From Eledone cirrhosa (Eukaryota): DNA of 64,000 nucleotides. The notes beneath the pieces were generated by a model. It did no database searches. It was not told the origin of the DNA and worked only from the letters and a program-made list of their open reading frames with translations. The position numbers were made by a program, and so were the translations under genes. How positions within the stretch are numbered: the first letter of the stretch is position 1; each line of letters starts with the position of its first letter. The DNA lies in contig OZ024742.1 of NCBI GenBank assembly GCA_964016885.1, positions 85,994,001 to 86,058,000 of the forward strand, read 5' to 3'. This document shows positions 28,099 through 42,680 of this stretch, piece after piece.

Positions 28099-29078
28099 TA
28101 GTTCCATTCCAGTAGAGAACGGAAGCAGGTGGCATCCAGATCAACGCACACCACGCATAATGATTAGTTGGGATAAAGCCGATTCCTGCTGTCGAATAAG
28201 CAATTTTTGGCACTGTTAAATCCAAAGAAAAGTCTCACAGGCCAGTAATGTATCTATGTAGAGGCGAGCACTGCTGCCTATCAAAAAATTCAATCTTCCT
28301 GGGTTTTAGAAACGTAAAATCTTAAGAAAGTTAAAACACTTAAATAGAAACAATACATACAGTCATACTACCTGGTCCATTACGCTGAATAACACGGGAT
28401 GGGTCCACACTTTAGGTTAAATTGACCTGCTCAAAAAATGTTTTGCACATTTCATACAATGAGGCAATAACTGTTAATGGACCTGCGACCTGTTATATGA
28501 ACTATGGGATGGAAACACAAAGTTACATGTTGTATTCATTGATACGTATCGAAAATGAAGATTTGTGTTATACGCATATGATCACATTTTTATTCAAATA
28601 TCTATAAATAAAATGAATGTTATCGGCGTGTTTTTACATAAAGCATGCTTGTGCTACAAGTAAAAGCTTGTACTGAAAAGAAACAAAAAACGATTAAACA
28701 AGCTTTCGGCTATACCTTGTTTAATCATTCCTATATTTTCGATGCTGTTCTTGATTATATAGATTGTAGTGATAGATTTCAGATCGTTCTTGATTGTTTA
28801 GGGGTGCTATTTAGAGATAATTTTGATTATTTAAAATCAATTTTCTTCCTGATGGATAGTCTATCTCATGTAGGTAAAACGTAATGAAAGTCTGATTGAT
28901 AATCCAGTACTTTGACACCAAACAGAAAACGCACACGCAAAGGCATCCGCAACAGATGCAAGATTAAATAAATAACTAAAATAAAAATGGCGTAGACATT
29001 ACCATACAACGGGATGAAAAATAATAGCACTACTGATGATGTGACAGGTGTGTGATGAAAGAAACTTGATAGTTAAAA

Positions 29079-29150
<72 letters not shown>

Positions 29151-29287
29151 AGTGTAACTTTCTACACAAAACGAAGGTTATAGAGAAAATTGAGGTTGGT
29201 AATGGCACATGGAATATATAAGAGACAGAATACTTTTTTGTGAAAAAACATATAATTTTATAAGGTAAGGAAATAATAAAGGGTATA

Positions 29288-29337
29288 AAAAATGATCGGT
29301 TTCGATGGGTCTGCAAAAGCCATCTTTTCAAATGTTG
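29288..29337 (-). ncRNA. Hammerhead-like motif, U3-A8 core variant
   Basis: Minus strand: caacat-TTGAAAA-gatgg...ccatc-GAAA-ccga-TC-attttt. Confidence 0.5.
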
Positions 29338-29692
29338 ATTAATATTAAGAAAAATTAATAATAAGAAGAGTTAAAATTTGAGATTTGAAAATTCAAGTAT
29401 AAAATTCATTGTGGGATTTCATAGTAGTCTTCATCTTGGTAGAAGCAAGTTGACTGCTGTGTGCCTTTCTGGTAGTGAATGAGAAGTTATTTGGGGGTGT
29501 GGGTTATTTTATAAAGGTCAGATTTAGCAATGGCCAGATGACCAGCTGCTGGTCAGTGAGGGGGTGGAAGCAATATACATACATATATCTCCCTGTGGTC
29601 GGTAGGAGAGGGGTGAGTGATAAAAAGGGATTTAGTGCACTTACACCTATATATACACATATACCTTCATCCACACATACATACATATACAT

Positions 29693-29725
<33 letters not shown>

Positions 29726-29782
29726 CGTGGGAAAGTAAAACAATCGGAGAATAGACCGTTAAAACATATTTATTTAAAATAT

Positions 29783-29823
29783 CACCTACGTACGTTTCGC
29801 CCAGTTGGGCTTCTCAAGGGCAT
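29783..29823 (-). ncRNA. Minimal hammerhead-like motif, U3-A8 core variant, 3' of a PLE endonuclease
   Basis: Minus strand: atgccc-TTGAGAA-gccc(aact)gggc-GAAA-cgtacg-TA-ggtg. Good stem II and palindromic stem III, short stem I. Confidence 0.6.
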
Positions 29824-30112
29824 AAATAATCACAAGTGTTCCTTATATAGTTCGGAAAGAGTTTTGGGGGTTAAATCTACATCAAGATTCATTGCTCGCA
29901 AAAATATCTTGTTTTGATTTTGCAGCAGGTCAAGGAAGGTAACTCTGGCCGGTGTTAGGGCAGTCTTTCCCGGATAATTTTTTTTTTTTTTTTGCCGCAT
30001 CCGTTTGTCTGAGGCTGGGTCTGGTATGCTAGGATTGTTTTATGGGTGTTATTTTGCTGCGCCTGCCCGCCGTGGTGTTAATACTTGTTGCAGGGAGATC
30101 CAGTGTACTATT

Positions 30113-30571
30113 TCACTCTTCATTCTTAACCCATCTAAAGAAGGATATTTTTAAGCGATGTGTACAACTTATCGCTGTTTCAGCTCTGCAGTTGATGAGC
30201 TCGTGGGGTGCAGTTATGATATGGTAGAGCTCCATGCGGCAAAGATTGCATTTCCTCTTGAAGTTGTACGGTGCAGCCCTGCCGACAATCGCCCAGTGCG
30301 TGGAGAAGCTGATGTTTAAGTCCTTTAGTGATGTGATGTAGTCCGCGAGCGAAGTGGAGTGCCTTAGTTTTATATTTGTGAAAGAGTGGAGATGTGTTCG
30401 AAACCTAATTTTGAACGGGCCGGAGGTGGCCCCTATATAATGTTTAACGCTATTGTGGCTAGTAATAGTGCATCTATATATAACCCTATCAGTCAAGCAG
30501 TATCCTCTAAGGGGGCAGCGTCCTCTGTCGCGGCAGTTGCAATTTCTGTCGCGGTTCCGTCTATTTCCCAC
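30113..30571 (-). pseudogene. Penelope-like GIY-YIG endonuclease domain (open over 152 aa, 5'-truncated element)
   Basis: CNCRDRGRCPLRGYCL, VIYRC, YIGATSGPFKIRFRTHLHSF, STSLADY, CNLCRME, LINCRAE...CTHR. Confidence 0.92.
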
Positions 30572-30758
30572 GGTAAGGCTATCATTGTTGCTGCATACGT
30601 TGTTACAACGCTCTGCTAACTCTCTAGCCCACTAAATATTAACACTTCGAATATTAATACTGCCGGCACTAGTATCGAGCAGCTTTGGCATACGCTACTT
30701 GGCAAATAACTATATGTATCACCTATCCCTCCTTTTTCTCTCTTTCTCGATACGTAAA

Positions 30759-30823
<65 letters not shown>

Positions 30824-31023
30824 CACACACACATACACACACACATATATACACATACACACATATATATATACACACACACACACATATATATATACAT
30901 ACACATACATCCAGATACACACATACATACACACATATATATATATGTGTGTGTATGTGTATATGTGTGTGTGTGTATGTGTGTATGTATATGTATGTGT
31001 GTGTGTATGTATGTGTGTATATG

Positions 31024-31062
<39 letters not shown>

Positions 31063-31417
31063 ATGTATATGTATGTATGTGTGGATGTATGTATGTGTGT
31101 ATATATAGGTGTAAGTGCACTAAATCCCTTTCTATCACTCTCCCCTCTCCTACCGACCACAGGGAGATATATGTATGTATGTTGCTTCCACCCCCTCACC
31201 TACCAGCAGCTGGCCATCTGGCCATTGCTAAATCTGACCTTTATAAAATAACCCACACCCCCAAATAACATCTCATTCACTACCAGAAAGGCACACAGCA
31301 GTCAACTTGCTGCTACCAGGATGAAAACTACTATGAAATCCCACAATGAATTTTATACTTGAATTTTCAAATCTCAAATTTTAACTCTTCTTATTATTAA
31401 TTTTTCTTAATATTAAT

Positions 31418-31467
31418 CAACATTTGAAAAGGTGGCTTTTGCAAACCCATCGAAACCGGTCATTTTG
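31418..31467 (+). ncRNA. Hammerhead-like motif, U3-A8 core variant
   Basis: caacat-TTGAAAA-ggtgg...ccatc-GAAA-ccgg-TC-attttg. Palindromic ccgg, GUC triplet. Confidence 0.58.
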
Positions 31468-31613
31468 TATACCCTTTATTATTTCCTTACCTTATAAAAT
31501 TATGTTTTTTCACAAAAAAGTATTCTGTCTCTTATATATTCCATGGGCCATTACCAACCTCAATTTTCTATATATATATATATATATATATACATGTTTG
31601 TGTGTGTGTGTGT

Positions 31614-31690
<77 letters not shown>

Positions 31691-32329
31691 TGTGTGTGTG
31701 GGTGGTCTGTATGTGTGTATGTGTGCGTGTGTGCGCATTGGTCACTGAATGAGAAGCATTTATTGCTAGATAACTATGGAGTTATCAAAGATACAGAAGC
31801 GAAAACCGATCCAAACCAAACAATGAGTGTGTTTTATTATTATTTCTGGTAATATTATGACAATATGACCCTCCCCAAATTTAACAATATATACATATGA
31901 ATATATATATGAATATATATATGAATATATATATATATGAATAACACAAAAGTAAAAGGACAGATACTTTAATGATTTTCGACTCGAATATCAAAGCGGA
32001 CGTTCGAAACATCTACCAAATCATGATCCGGAAATGAAACATTAATATTTCTTGAATTAACAATAATTTGTCCATGAAAACACAGAACACCAACATCAAG
32101 ACCCATTGGACATAAGAGTAACATTAAATGAATCAGAGAAAAGAATTTTTAAAAATTGGAACGCTTCTACAATATACGCAAGAAAAAGTATCTGTTCTTG
32201 TTTAATATGATCCTATCAGAAACAAGCATGTTTTTAGAAAGCAGGCACTATAAAAGAAATTTGAATAGATCTGTCTTCCCACCTCTTGCATAATCAAGAA
32301 AATCGTAAAGTAAGCGTAACAATAAGGTC

Positions 32330-33700
32330 GTCATCGAGAAGCGGAAGTTGAAGATATTTATGCTTTGCTGCATTTGAGCTGTTTAATTGTTTTTGAGACC
32401 TTAGCCTCCGCGATAGTATTCATCGCTCCGAGATGCAACTCGTTGGCATCAGATGCTGCTGATGTAACTGGCTTTACATCAGCAAATTATTTTCTCCACC
32501 TTGCAAAGATCCATATCTCTGAAGAGAGGATCCCACAGATTATTCCTTGATAGCAGGTGAGGTGGAGGTCTTATTATTACAAAGTTGTTGCCTGATCTGC
32601 CAAACAACACATTTCCATGTGTTAACTTCGGATGCCTTTTCTGTCACTGATGTGAATATTTGCACCTGTCTGTAATGGAAGTGCAAGAAAGAAAATTAAT
32701 TTCGAAGCCAAATTGTGTTACCCTCCGTCTTTGCTCGGCTGACATCTTTGAGCACTTGTTGGATTCAAGGGTAATCCTGCCACCTGGCAACACACGAACC
32801 CACTTTCACCAGTGGCTTTTATAATTTGAAGTAGAAACTGCCGAGCTGAAGACTTTCCACTCCGTTTCAAGGTCGTCCGTTTCATCCAGTGTTCCTGGGG
32901 TTTCTAAATTTGGATGCAATAGTGTCCGCAATCATGTTCCTGATTTTCTTTAACGACCACGCTTCACACTTTATCCAATAATTCTGTTGGATTTCTTGGC
33001 TTTACTTAGCTTCAGTTTCACCTCAATGCCTATCTCATCAGGAACAAAGAGATCAAAGACAATAACAATACTAGTATTGATCTTGGTAACCGAATTCACA
33101 TGTAGAATGCGTATTCATAGATGTATTTGTGCTGGAAGAAAGTGTCCAAACTAGAACATATGTCTAAAAACACATCTCCATCCGTATGTAGATCTAGATC
33201 ACCGTTCCTTCCAATCATTCTGTTCCATGAGGTTGTCCTATGGACGACATGCATTGCTGTCTCCAATTATGTTATACGGAATAGATTAAACCAGATATAA
33301 CTCTGCGGCAACTTCATTAAGTATCTGTCTGTATTCGGGCTCTCTACTTAGCGCATAAATTTGCACCACACGCAGATACATTTCTTTAAACCGAACTTTC
33401 AAGAAACAAATCATCCCTCCCAATGGAGACAAGCATATAATAAATTTTAACAGCTGGTGCCCTGTGAGTATACGCTCTCCGCCTGTGTAGTCTTTCCTAT
33501 TCAACACCTTCATGGTAGGTTTTCTATCCTCCTTCCAAATCTACTGTACCAGAGCCACGGATATTTAATGGAGTAACCCAGAATATATTTAGCCGGTAAC
33601 CTCTCACCTACTCTCCAAATTACTGCTCCTTGCCTGTAAAGGCTGCAATGAGGCAGTTCCCAATTATCAAGATTTGCGAACTTGCGCAACTTCTCTGGGT
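32330..33700 (-). pseudogene. Highly degenerate RTE-clade LINE (AP endonuclease and spacer region)
   Basis: LRVVQIYALSREPEYRQILNEV, IIGDSNA, MIGRNGDLD, TFFQHKYIY, DLETEWKVFSSAV, IFARWRK*FAD, IAEAKVSKTIKQLKCSKA across shifting frames. Confidence 0.75.
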
Positions 33701-35042
33701 TCGCGTGATAGGTAACATTGGTGCTTCCATCCCATGCATCCCACGAACGGTCGCAGGCTCGGAAGGGGCAATAACTCTTTTTTGGAACAGGTCGATCTAG
33801 ATAAGTGTCTGAACCCATCCGTTGCTATCCCGCGCAGGGGAATATGTGGCAGTGATGGTTGTATACGTTACAGGAAGTGTTTTCATCGTATAATATACCC
33901 CAGGCAACAATTGTGTTCTGTTCTCTGCCACGCCAAAATTATCCTTTTTAGAGACAGCCTTTAATCTACTAATCGTAGTTACATCACTGCGTAGTAAGCC
34001 GTTTGTTTTGAACTAATAATGTCACATATTGGATTATCTCCCCCAGTAGTTATGGCAGAACAGCTTTACTGTGAAATATACATGTACATATATGAAGCGT
34101 AAATCAACAGGTTCACATTAACGTTGTTTATCCATAGTGACTCTTATGTATATTTAGGTGATAATCATTATGCAACAGTTATGACCTCATCGGGCAGATG
34201 GACATTGAACAAAAAAAAACAGAAAAACATAACGATGGAATAAATCTGACTTATGTTATTTCGATTTTTTTATAAGCACAGTTCTGAAATTCAGTGTTAC
34301 TGTCTCAAAGTAGTGATATGCTACCAGTGCATTTACGTTTCTTCAACTACTGTTTCCTTCGAGGAACCCATAAAATGTGCATATGTGTATTGTTGGTTAC
34401 ATATTCAGTTTTCTTAGTTCGTTGCCAGTGTTAGTCTAATCCGATGAAATTGTTATAGATCAGTGCACTTTGTGTCGAAATTATCTATTTGTGATATCCT
34501 GACATGTAAATGTACCTCAAGGAATGAAAGGAGATAACTGTCTTTAGAGAGAGCAATAGAGAAATAAGAAAAACAAACAACAAACTCCTGTTCTCTTTTC
34601 ATGACATATTTTATAAAATCAGATATATTTGATATGTTTATGTACAATAAGAAATATATCTCCGTGTATCAATGTTTCGCTTCTTGTTTATTTTCAGCAC
34701 AGAGATAGTCCCCAAAACACACGGCTATTCAAACGGTCGTAAATATATTCAAATAGAACAGATAAGGAAATAAATAGTAAAAAGTAGGAAAGTGATATTT
34801 GCGTGTGCTGCATGATCTGTCCTTTTCTAATCAGGACGATTTTGACTGTATTTATTCCCCTGATCTATATTTAGCTGTGTGAAATATGTAAACATACAGA
34901 ACCCCCTCTATTTCTCTTTATATATATCAAAGTAATATATTGAGTTAAAAACTCACAATAGTCTCCTATAATCAATAGCTCAAAGAAAAAATTTGTCCGA
35001 GCTTTATAATACAGTAAAGATAGACGGGCACGGATATATAAC

Positions 35043-35127
<85 letters not shown>

Positions 35128-37529
35128 GTATATATATATATAATTGTATAAATAAGAAACGAAATGTATATATTATATATTTATGCTATCTGAGAGGTGA
35201 ATTTGGCGAAGCACGTGTTCTAAATAAAAATTCCCTTTAGAATTTCGTTTCTTATTTATACAATTATTTTGGTTGTTTTACAATAATTATCTACTTTGGA
35301 AAATGTATTAAGAATGGATCTGTAGTTTGTATTCTGGGGTAGTTCTCACTTTGAATTTTGAGGATATTTCTGCTATCTTCTTATGCAACGGGAAATTCGT
35401 ATAGACCAGTAGTCCTCACATCTGTGTATTTATAAATAGGATATTTGTTTGATCTAATTCAGTGCTGTCACATATGATGCTTTGCTTTTCGTGCTGAATT
35501 GGCTATCAGTGTGACATCAATGCTATACGGATATCTGTTATTTTCCTTGTTCATTTATTCATACTTCCCTTGTTCTAAGCGTGTTAAAGTTGCGTCGAAA
35601 TATGTTTTGCATGTTTGTTTGATATAGTAGTATTGCAATGTAAAATAATATGTATGGTGTGTTTTCATTTCTGCTGATGTTTTTATCAGATAGAATGATT
35701 TGTTTGTACTTCTCATGTTTGTTTAGTTTGTTGTAGATATTTAAAAGTAGTGCTGTACTCCATCTTTTATTCAGCTTGAACTTTAGTGGGGTGGGGCCAT
35801 TTTCTGTTGGAGTAGAGATAATTGATTTATACACCAAAAAGAAATACATTATTTTGGAGTGAATATGTCGACTTTCTATGGTTTTCGTTTGACTACTGAA
35901 CACAACATGGATAAATCTTACGAAAACTAAACAGAAGTAAACCAACAAAAAGAGGCAAAGTATCATATATGACAGAACATAAGTAGATCGAGGAAAAATA
36001 TCCGTTCTCTAGTTACTACCTAATTACATAACATATAATAAATAAAGGAAATGCATTAGAATGCGTATCTGAGATAGAATAAATATTTTCTAAATTAGAT
36101 AGACAAATTTAAGCATCCTCAACGATAAGTACTATAAAAAGACATACAGAAATCGTAACATGATCAATAATTAAAACACACAGCAACAACAATATAAAGA
36201 AGAAAAATAATAAGCCAAATTGATTGAGCAGCAACAACAACAACGATAGGTACCACAAACCATTCCACAACAACTCAAATATATGCACGACAGCCCAGTC
36301 ACGACTAAAATGAAAGAAACCAATTAAGTCTCTCAAAAGACGAGGTATCTGCTACAGAATCACAGAAACATAAAAAAAGAGATAATAATAAAAAGAACAA
36401 AGGTATTCACAAAAGAACAATGAAAGAGTGGGAAGATTCAAAGAAACAGCGTATTTGACAATGGAGAAGGTGCAGCGTAAGAAAAGCAAACACCAGTAAA
36501 AAGTACAACCTCTTAAATTATATATTCCTCAACACATCTGAAGATTCCTATAACATAAGCAGCATTGATCCAACAAAAATTACTGTCCAACAAATGAATC
36601 TGCATCCCACCATTTGCAGATGAACACAACAAATCATAATTTAAAATGGCAATGACAAAACTGAGGAGGAGAGATTCCCAAACAACTTTAAGGAAAAGCT
36701 GAAATACCCTGCGTACGCTCATATAGCTCAAGATAAATGGATGGATTATATGCTCCTCTGCAGAGAGTTTCTACTAAATATCTATACACTGGCTGCCGAA
36801 CTACAATCAGCCAAAATAGCAACAAATAAACATCAAAGGTGATAGAGGAATAAAAGAGAATTGACAGCGCTGATGAAATGATTTGGTGAATCATATTAAA
36901 TTCAAGAAAGTGTACAGGTAAATATTTCTAGGCTTGGAACAAAGGCAGACGGGCCTATTTGCAATTCCTTGTGGTTTACCAAGTACATTCTCATCAGATT
37001 GCATGATTATCACTTCAGCCACTTTGCAGTAACTGCATGTTCTATATTTTCTCGATTATCAAATGCCCCATTATAAAATTACCTCAGATAAATTCGAAGC
37101 TATGTTGGATTATCTCTGCAAAATTGATTAATGATTCCTACTATGTGATTTGACAGTTTTTGAAATAGGTTGCAATCTTACGGGGTCTCAGAAACTCATC
37201 AACGGACGTCTGCTTTGTGTTTCTGTGGGGAAATGTGCTGAGGTAGTCACCAACAGCAATATTAGATTCCTACTGATGCCTGCTTCAGATGCACATAAAA
37301 CAATGCATATTTTAATAGCTTCTGATCTGTCAGGCTATTCTACGACAGACCACCATCATCTAGCCCATATTCAAAAGAACACCCTTCACACTTTAGCATC
37401 TATATTACTCTATATTTACTATTATATTTTCACAGAAAATACTTTATCTCATAATTATCTCAAATGATATCGAATCTATAAGATTTTGATATTATTTATT
37501 TTAAGAACAATACCATAACATCATTATAA

Positions 37530-38590
37530 GCGGCCATATGTGAGGATAAGAGAGTTGATGGGAGTCGTGTATTGAGATAGAATTTGTATTTAATGTAGGT
37601 GTATCCTTACATTGTCAGCCTTTGTTGCATCTGTTTGGTTAACAGTTCCTTCCTTGGATTTGATTGGTTAAGAATCCGTGATTTGATGTCGATGGAGGGT
37701 GAAAGTGCGTTTTTAAGTATTTTACTTATTTTTGGTTTAGTTGGTTTATGGCAGTTAGTGAAAGATAGATGGCTATGTCCGCAAGATAAGGTAGGATAGA
37801 TTTGTAATGTATGTCCTTTTATGGTGATAAGAGAGCTGTTTAAATTGTCTATTGGCGCCAGGTTTTCAGATGCTATGTGTCTTGGAAATTATAGCGCTTA
37901 TACGAACAGTTAGGTTATTGGATTGAATACCGTCTATTTTGTTTCATGAATATGTTGGAGTATTTGTGCCGGCAGAAAACTTATGCGTTCAATCATGTTA
38001 TTTAGTAATTTGTTATTGTATTGTAGAATATGGAGTAATTCCATATTACATAATTTGCATTGGGACATACCGTGTGCGTAAGCCCTGGAAAAAGATATTT
38101 AGACCAGCTTATTTTGTATTATTGTTTGTTATCCGCAAGCTGCCAGATTTTATTGGTCAGCGTCTTCGTGTTTTTGAATTTGCGGTTGAATTTGCATATA
38201 CCAGCTTTTCCTGAATTCTTGTGCTGTAAGACATATGTAGTACCATTTTCGGTCGCCCAATTTTATAGTACATAGGTACATTATATTGGATTAATGGCAT
38301 TTATTCTGTTGAGGGCATTTATCTGTGGTAGGTGGAAGTTACATCTCTCTTATCATTAACCGCAATAAAACAACTAAACCAAAAATAAGCAAAATATTTA
38401 AAAACGCAAATCCACCCTCCGACGACATCAAAGGATGTACTATTAACCAATCAAATGCAGAGAATGAATTCTTAAATATCAGATGCAAGGGAAGCTGATA
38501 ATCTAAGGACATACCTACATTATTACATTAAATACACATTCAATCTCGATACACAACTCTCATCAACTCTCTTATTCTCACATATGGTAT
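37530..38590 (-). mobile_element. Degenerate Penelope fragment with inverted terminal repeat
   Basis: Minus strand ~37950-38060 reads LCNMELLHILQYNNKLLNNMIERIS..CRHK (GIY-YIG end). 37533-37770 is a diverged inverse of 38342-38587. Confidence 0.7.
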
Positions 38591-38641
38591 CAGTCGAATA
38601 AATAAAGAAAGAAAGAAAGAAATCATTATTATTATTATTAT

Positions 38642-41600
38642 TGATCTGTTCGGACGTCCTTTTTGCTCGATCCCAGTAAGTCGCTTTATGTACCTGTTAT
38701 AATTATTTGTTGTTAATTTTTTCTTGTTGTGTAAGGCATATAAGCCCTTGAAATTTGCCGTGTGAACGGGAAAGTATAATATTTGGGCCTTTTGGCCCAA
38801 ATATTTGAACAATATTTGACCAGTTTACTTTTGAGATAAAAAATGAAACAACAACAAAAAAAAACATGGCTGAGCCACGCCCCCCAGCAATATGTCTGCT
38901 GTCGTCTGATAACGGTGTAAAAGCTGAGAGGAGGGTTACAAAAATGGTTACAACAGACACCACCACAAACACCGTGAACAAAACAACTCTGCGAACACTA
39001 ATTTTGAAAAAAATGACCACAACAATTACCTACAAAAATAACAGCGTCAACCAAAATACAGACAACAGAAAAAATGACAACAAATGCACCAACGATATTA
39101 ACACCACTAACAAGAAAATATACAACAACAACACCAACAGCATCAATACAATATGCACCGAAAACAGCAACAACGGTGACACCAAAAACACAACCAGCTA
39201 CAAGAGTGATAACAGCAACAAAACCAACAACACCGTTTGTAGCAGTAGCAACAGCAACAGCACCAATAACAGGACCAGTAGAAGCAGTAGCGACAGCAAA
39301 TATGGTGGCCATTTTTTTCGCAGGTGTGGCCCGAAATACAGATACAGTGCTTGTCACGGAGGAGGAGATGACAGTCGCAAAAGCCATGTTGTCGAGAAAC
39401 GACAATAGAGTTTCCCTGAAACCTCCATCCGATTTCTTCAAAGACCAGCAACTTCGCACGGTGATTTACCACACCGTAAACAAGATGTCACATCGGGTGG
39501 AGAGAGCCATGGAGGCTCAAATCCGAAAGGCCTCGGGGTGCGTCTGGGCGCGCAAAACCGACATCACCCGAGGCAAAAAGTACGCCAAGGTAGACGTATT
39601 TTCGCCACGCCCCAAGAGGCGAAGTCTCATACTTTGGAAACCCTAAAGAGTAGGCAGAGAGTCTTGGTGCCCTCCTAAAGTGGGAAGAAAATTGTGAGGG
39701 TCACAGTGACCCAGGTCCCTCCCGACGTGCCCATAACTTAGCTGGCCGCGTCTGTATTGGCTGTAATCGAGGAGAAGACCACCATACTACTAATACAGAG
39801 AATGGGACCAGAGAACTGGTCATGCATAGGCATGCAAATGCTAATACAGGCCGACCAGGAGTGCATCGAGGCGATCTTAGACATCAAAGACCTCGAAGAT
39901 GGGCTCCAACCCCCTATAAGCGTGGAAGGAAAGTGCTCACAGTGATATCTCTGTGGACAGGAGGGTCAGCACAGGGCCTTCTGCCCGCAGAAGGCAGCCA
40001 AGAAGAGGACCCCCTACTTCCGACACCTGATCCGCTGCTACCAATATCAAGGAAGGAAACAGAGGCAGAAGACCCTACCATGGTGAGTAGGATGGCAACT
40101 TCCGTGGCACCCATACCAAGTTCACAAACAACTAAAGCAGCGGCAGCAGTGGCGGCAACACCAACAGTCGCAGTAGAAACACCGGCGGTAAAATCGCCAG
40201 AGAGGGCTCCACTAACACCACCACAACAGTGGAGCTCATGCCCCCTCCCGGACGCCGCGGGGTCCGACTTGGAGTGTGAGACGGGAGGGAAATGGCAAAC
40301 GGTCTGCCACAAAAAACAAAAAAAAAACAGAAAAACATCTTCGCTTCGCCCTCCAAAGGCTGCAAGAGATTTGCAGCACCACCATCATCACCACCACAAG
40401 CATCACCACCAACAACAACCCCACCACCACCAGCATCACCAAACACACCAACATCGCAAACACAACAAAACACACACACTCAACAGCAACAACAAGAAAA
40501 CAGCAACAAAATCGCCCCTCCCACCAACAAGTACACAGCCTTTTAACATGGCAAATAAAAACCTCTTATAACATATAAATCAGCACACAAACATCAAAGA
40601 AAAAAACTGCTACACCCCACCAACACCAAGAACTCTCCCGACAAACATAAGCATCATTGAAATCTCAGTAGAACATTACAAACTTTTAAAACAAAAATTC
40701 CCCAACGCAGTTGGAGACTTCAGAGGTTCGGTTACCAATAGGATATACACCAACATCTTCGTGGAAACACCCATGACCAGCCAAATGGACGGTTCTACTG
40801 TCTCTTCACCACACGATCAAGGTAAGTGATCCTTTCTCACTTACCCCGTTTCTTATCCAACATGGCTGTACTTAGAATAGGCAGTATAAATGTACGAGAC
40901 CTGGGTCATCTTGGAAGCAGGGTCACCTGCTCAACCACCTTAGGTCACTAAACATAGATGTGGTGGCCATCAGCGAGACCAGAATCTCCGAAGCACGAGC
41001 CTTCGCACCGATCTTCGGCGGCTACGATGTATAAGCATCTCCCAGTTGTCCAGGATCGGGGGGAGAGTTCACCGTGCTTTTTCGGAGAGGCTTCGATCTC
41101 GCCATACGGGACAACTTCCTGGACCCAGAAGGTAAGTCAGTGGTGCTGGAGGCGAAGGCAATGCTTTCAGGCTACTAGCCGTCTACGCGCCAACAGGGGC
41201 ACGACTGCCAGATTTCTTCAGACGTCTAGATACCTTTCTTGGAACGTCCTGCTCTTTCATCTTAGTGGGCGACTGGAACGGTATCTTAGGTGCACGCTGG
41301 GATTATGTGGGGCTAGTAGACAGGGCAGGAGGGTGTAAAAGCCTGAACAACCTGCTCAGACGTTTTGAATTGTCTGACAGGTATAGACTGGTTTATCCGA
41401 ATGTGTCAATGTGGACATAGGCAAACCGCATCGGGTCATCCAGATCGTATTTAGATAGGGTATACTGTAGGGAAACAGATAAGGCTAGTGTAGGTTGTCC
41501 ACGATTTAAAATAGTCGACTACACGGACCACAAATTTATAATCTGTGAAGTTGACTTAGATAGACTCCATATTAAGGGCCCGGCTACTGGAAACTAGACG

Positions 41601-41800
41601 CGTCGATCCCGGCGCGCAAAGCTTATAGAGTTCGGATTAGCGAATTAGTTAAGCGTGCGTTGACTGGTGCGATCGTCAACGACAGGTGGTGGTTTACCCT
41701 TTAAAGGCCTATTAGAGTAGAATCGATAAGGTTTAACAAAGGAGTATTGATTGACGAAAATAGAGTAGAGGGAGAGCTAGTTAGAAAGCTAGAGGAGGCC
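38642..41800 (+). mobile_element. Degenerate Tx1/L1-like LINE copy A (ORF1 and AP endonuclease, 3' part lost)
   Basis: Colinear with copy B at 44976-48260 (e.g. RVERAMEAQIRKA, ITRGKKYAKVDV, and the endonuclease start at ~40862). Begins immediately after (ATT)n. Confidence 0.85.
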
Positions 41801-42545
41801 ATTTGCACATACCACTTCTCATAGTATGGTAAATCATTCAATTTACTTGTTTGGCAGTGGATCACATTTCGTATGATATCTTGTTTCCATCCGTCATAAT
41901 GAGTCTTGGATAGCTGTTTACAGACGGATACGATATGAGCAACAGATTTCTATCATTCTCTCTCTCACTAAAAAGATCCTACAAAATGGGTTGTTTTCCT
42001 TCTTATATATTTGATGTTTCATCCACTTCATTCTAAGTATTTGTTAAAGTGCAGCCAGTATCTTTCCATTTATAGCTTTCATAAGGAATCGTTCCATTAA
42101 CCGGTCTCATGTCTGCTGTCTCTGAATTATGTTTTCTTCAAAAAGACGTTACGAAAGTGTGTTTCAAACAGGTATTTATTTACCTCTTTCTTGGACACCC
42201 ATAATATATCATCCCCCTCCCCACCCCCCTTCAAAACATCTTCATACATTGGCTCCTTACGCACAGTCAAATATTTGCTCTTCTTCCTGTGAACTCAGTC
42301 GCCCATACTGAAAGAAACTCTCGCGCCTTTAGCGCCCTTTAATTACATTCGGTCAGTACCACGCTGCTTATGAAACTTACTCTTGGGAATTGTACATTTT
42401 CCTTGGCTTTCTATCCAATTCCTTTTGCTTGTTTCCATTCCATTTAAGAATTCCCGCACTGTACCTAATTATACGTACAGCTCGGAAACTTATGGCACTT
42501 ATGGCATTGTTACTATTCAGATGTGACTTCAGTATTTTTCTTAAT
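41800..42545 (-). pseudogene. Old fragment related to R4/Dong-like family 2
   Basis: Nucleotide similarity to 26445-27180 (cataccacttctca..., aattcccgcactgtacc, attcagatgtgactt). Confidence 0.75.
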
Positions 42546-42680
42546 CCCCTTATATGATGTTTATCAATTTAATATGTACGTAGCACATACACACACACAC
42601 ATATATGTATATATATTCATAAACATTATATAAAATTGGAAAGGTAAATAGCTATATATATTTCCCGCAGAATTGAAACA

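Larger units (their letters stand above)
29185..31568. mobile_element. Composite: ~515-bp inverted non-coding arms (29185-29700 and 31056-31568) enclosing a second Penelope fragment
   Basis: The arms are close reverse complements, each with a hammerhead-like motif pointing outward. The centre holds microsatellites and the PLE at 29727-30760. Confidence 0.82.

Noticed and set aside
33286-33818. Two adjacent ORFs that look like a small operon or novel gene
   Set aside because: They lie within a decayed RTE endonuclease region. One is the endonuclease frame and the other an alternative frame.
35250-37450. Coding-like decayed sequence
   Set aside because: Likely old transposon remains, but no motif could be identified with confidence.
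37585-37625. Hammerhead-like remnant in the PLE terminal repeat (ctgacaa...taaa, and ctgataa in the other arm)
   Set aside because: Both core segments are mutated and stems I and III are not recoverable.
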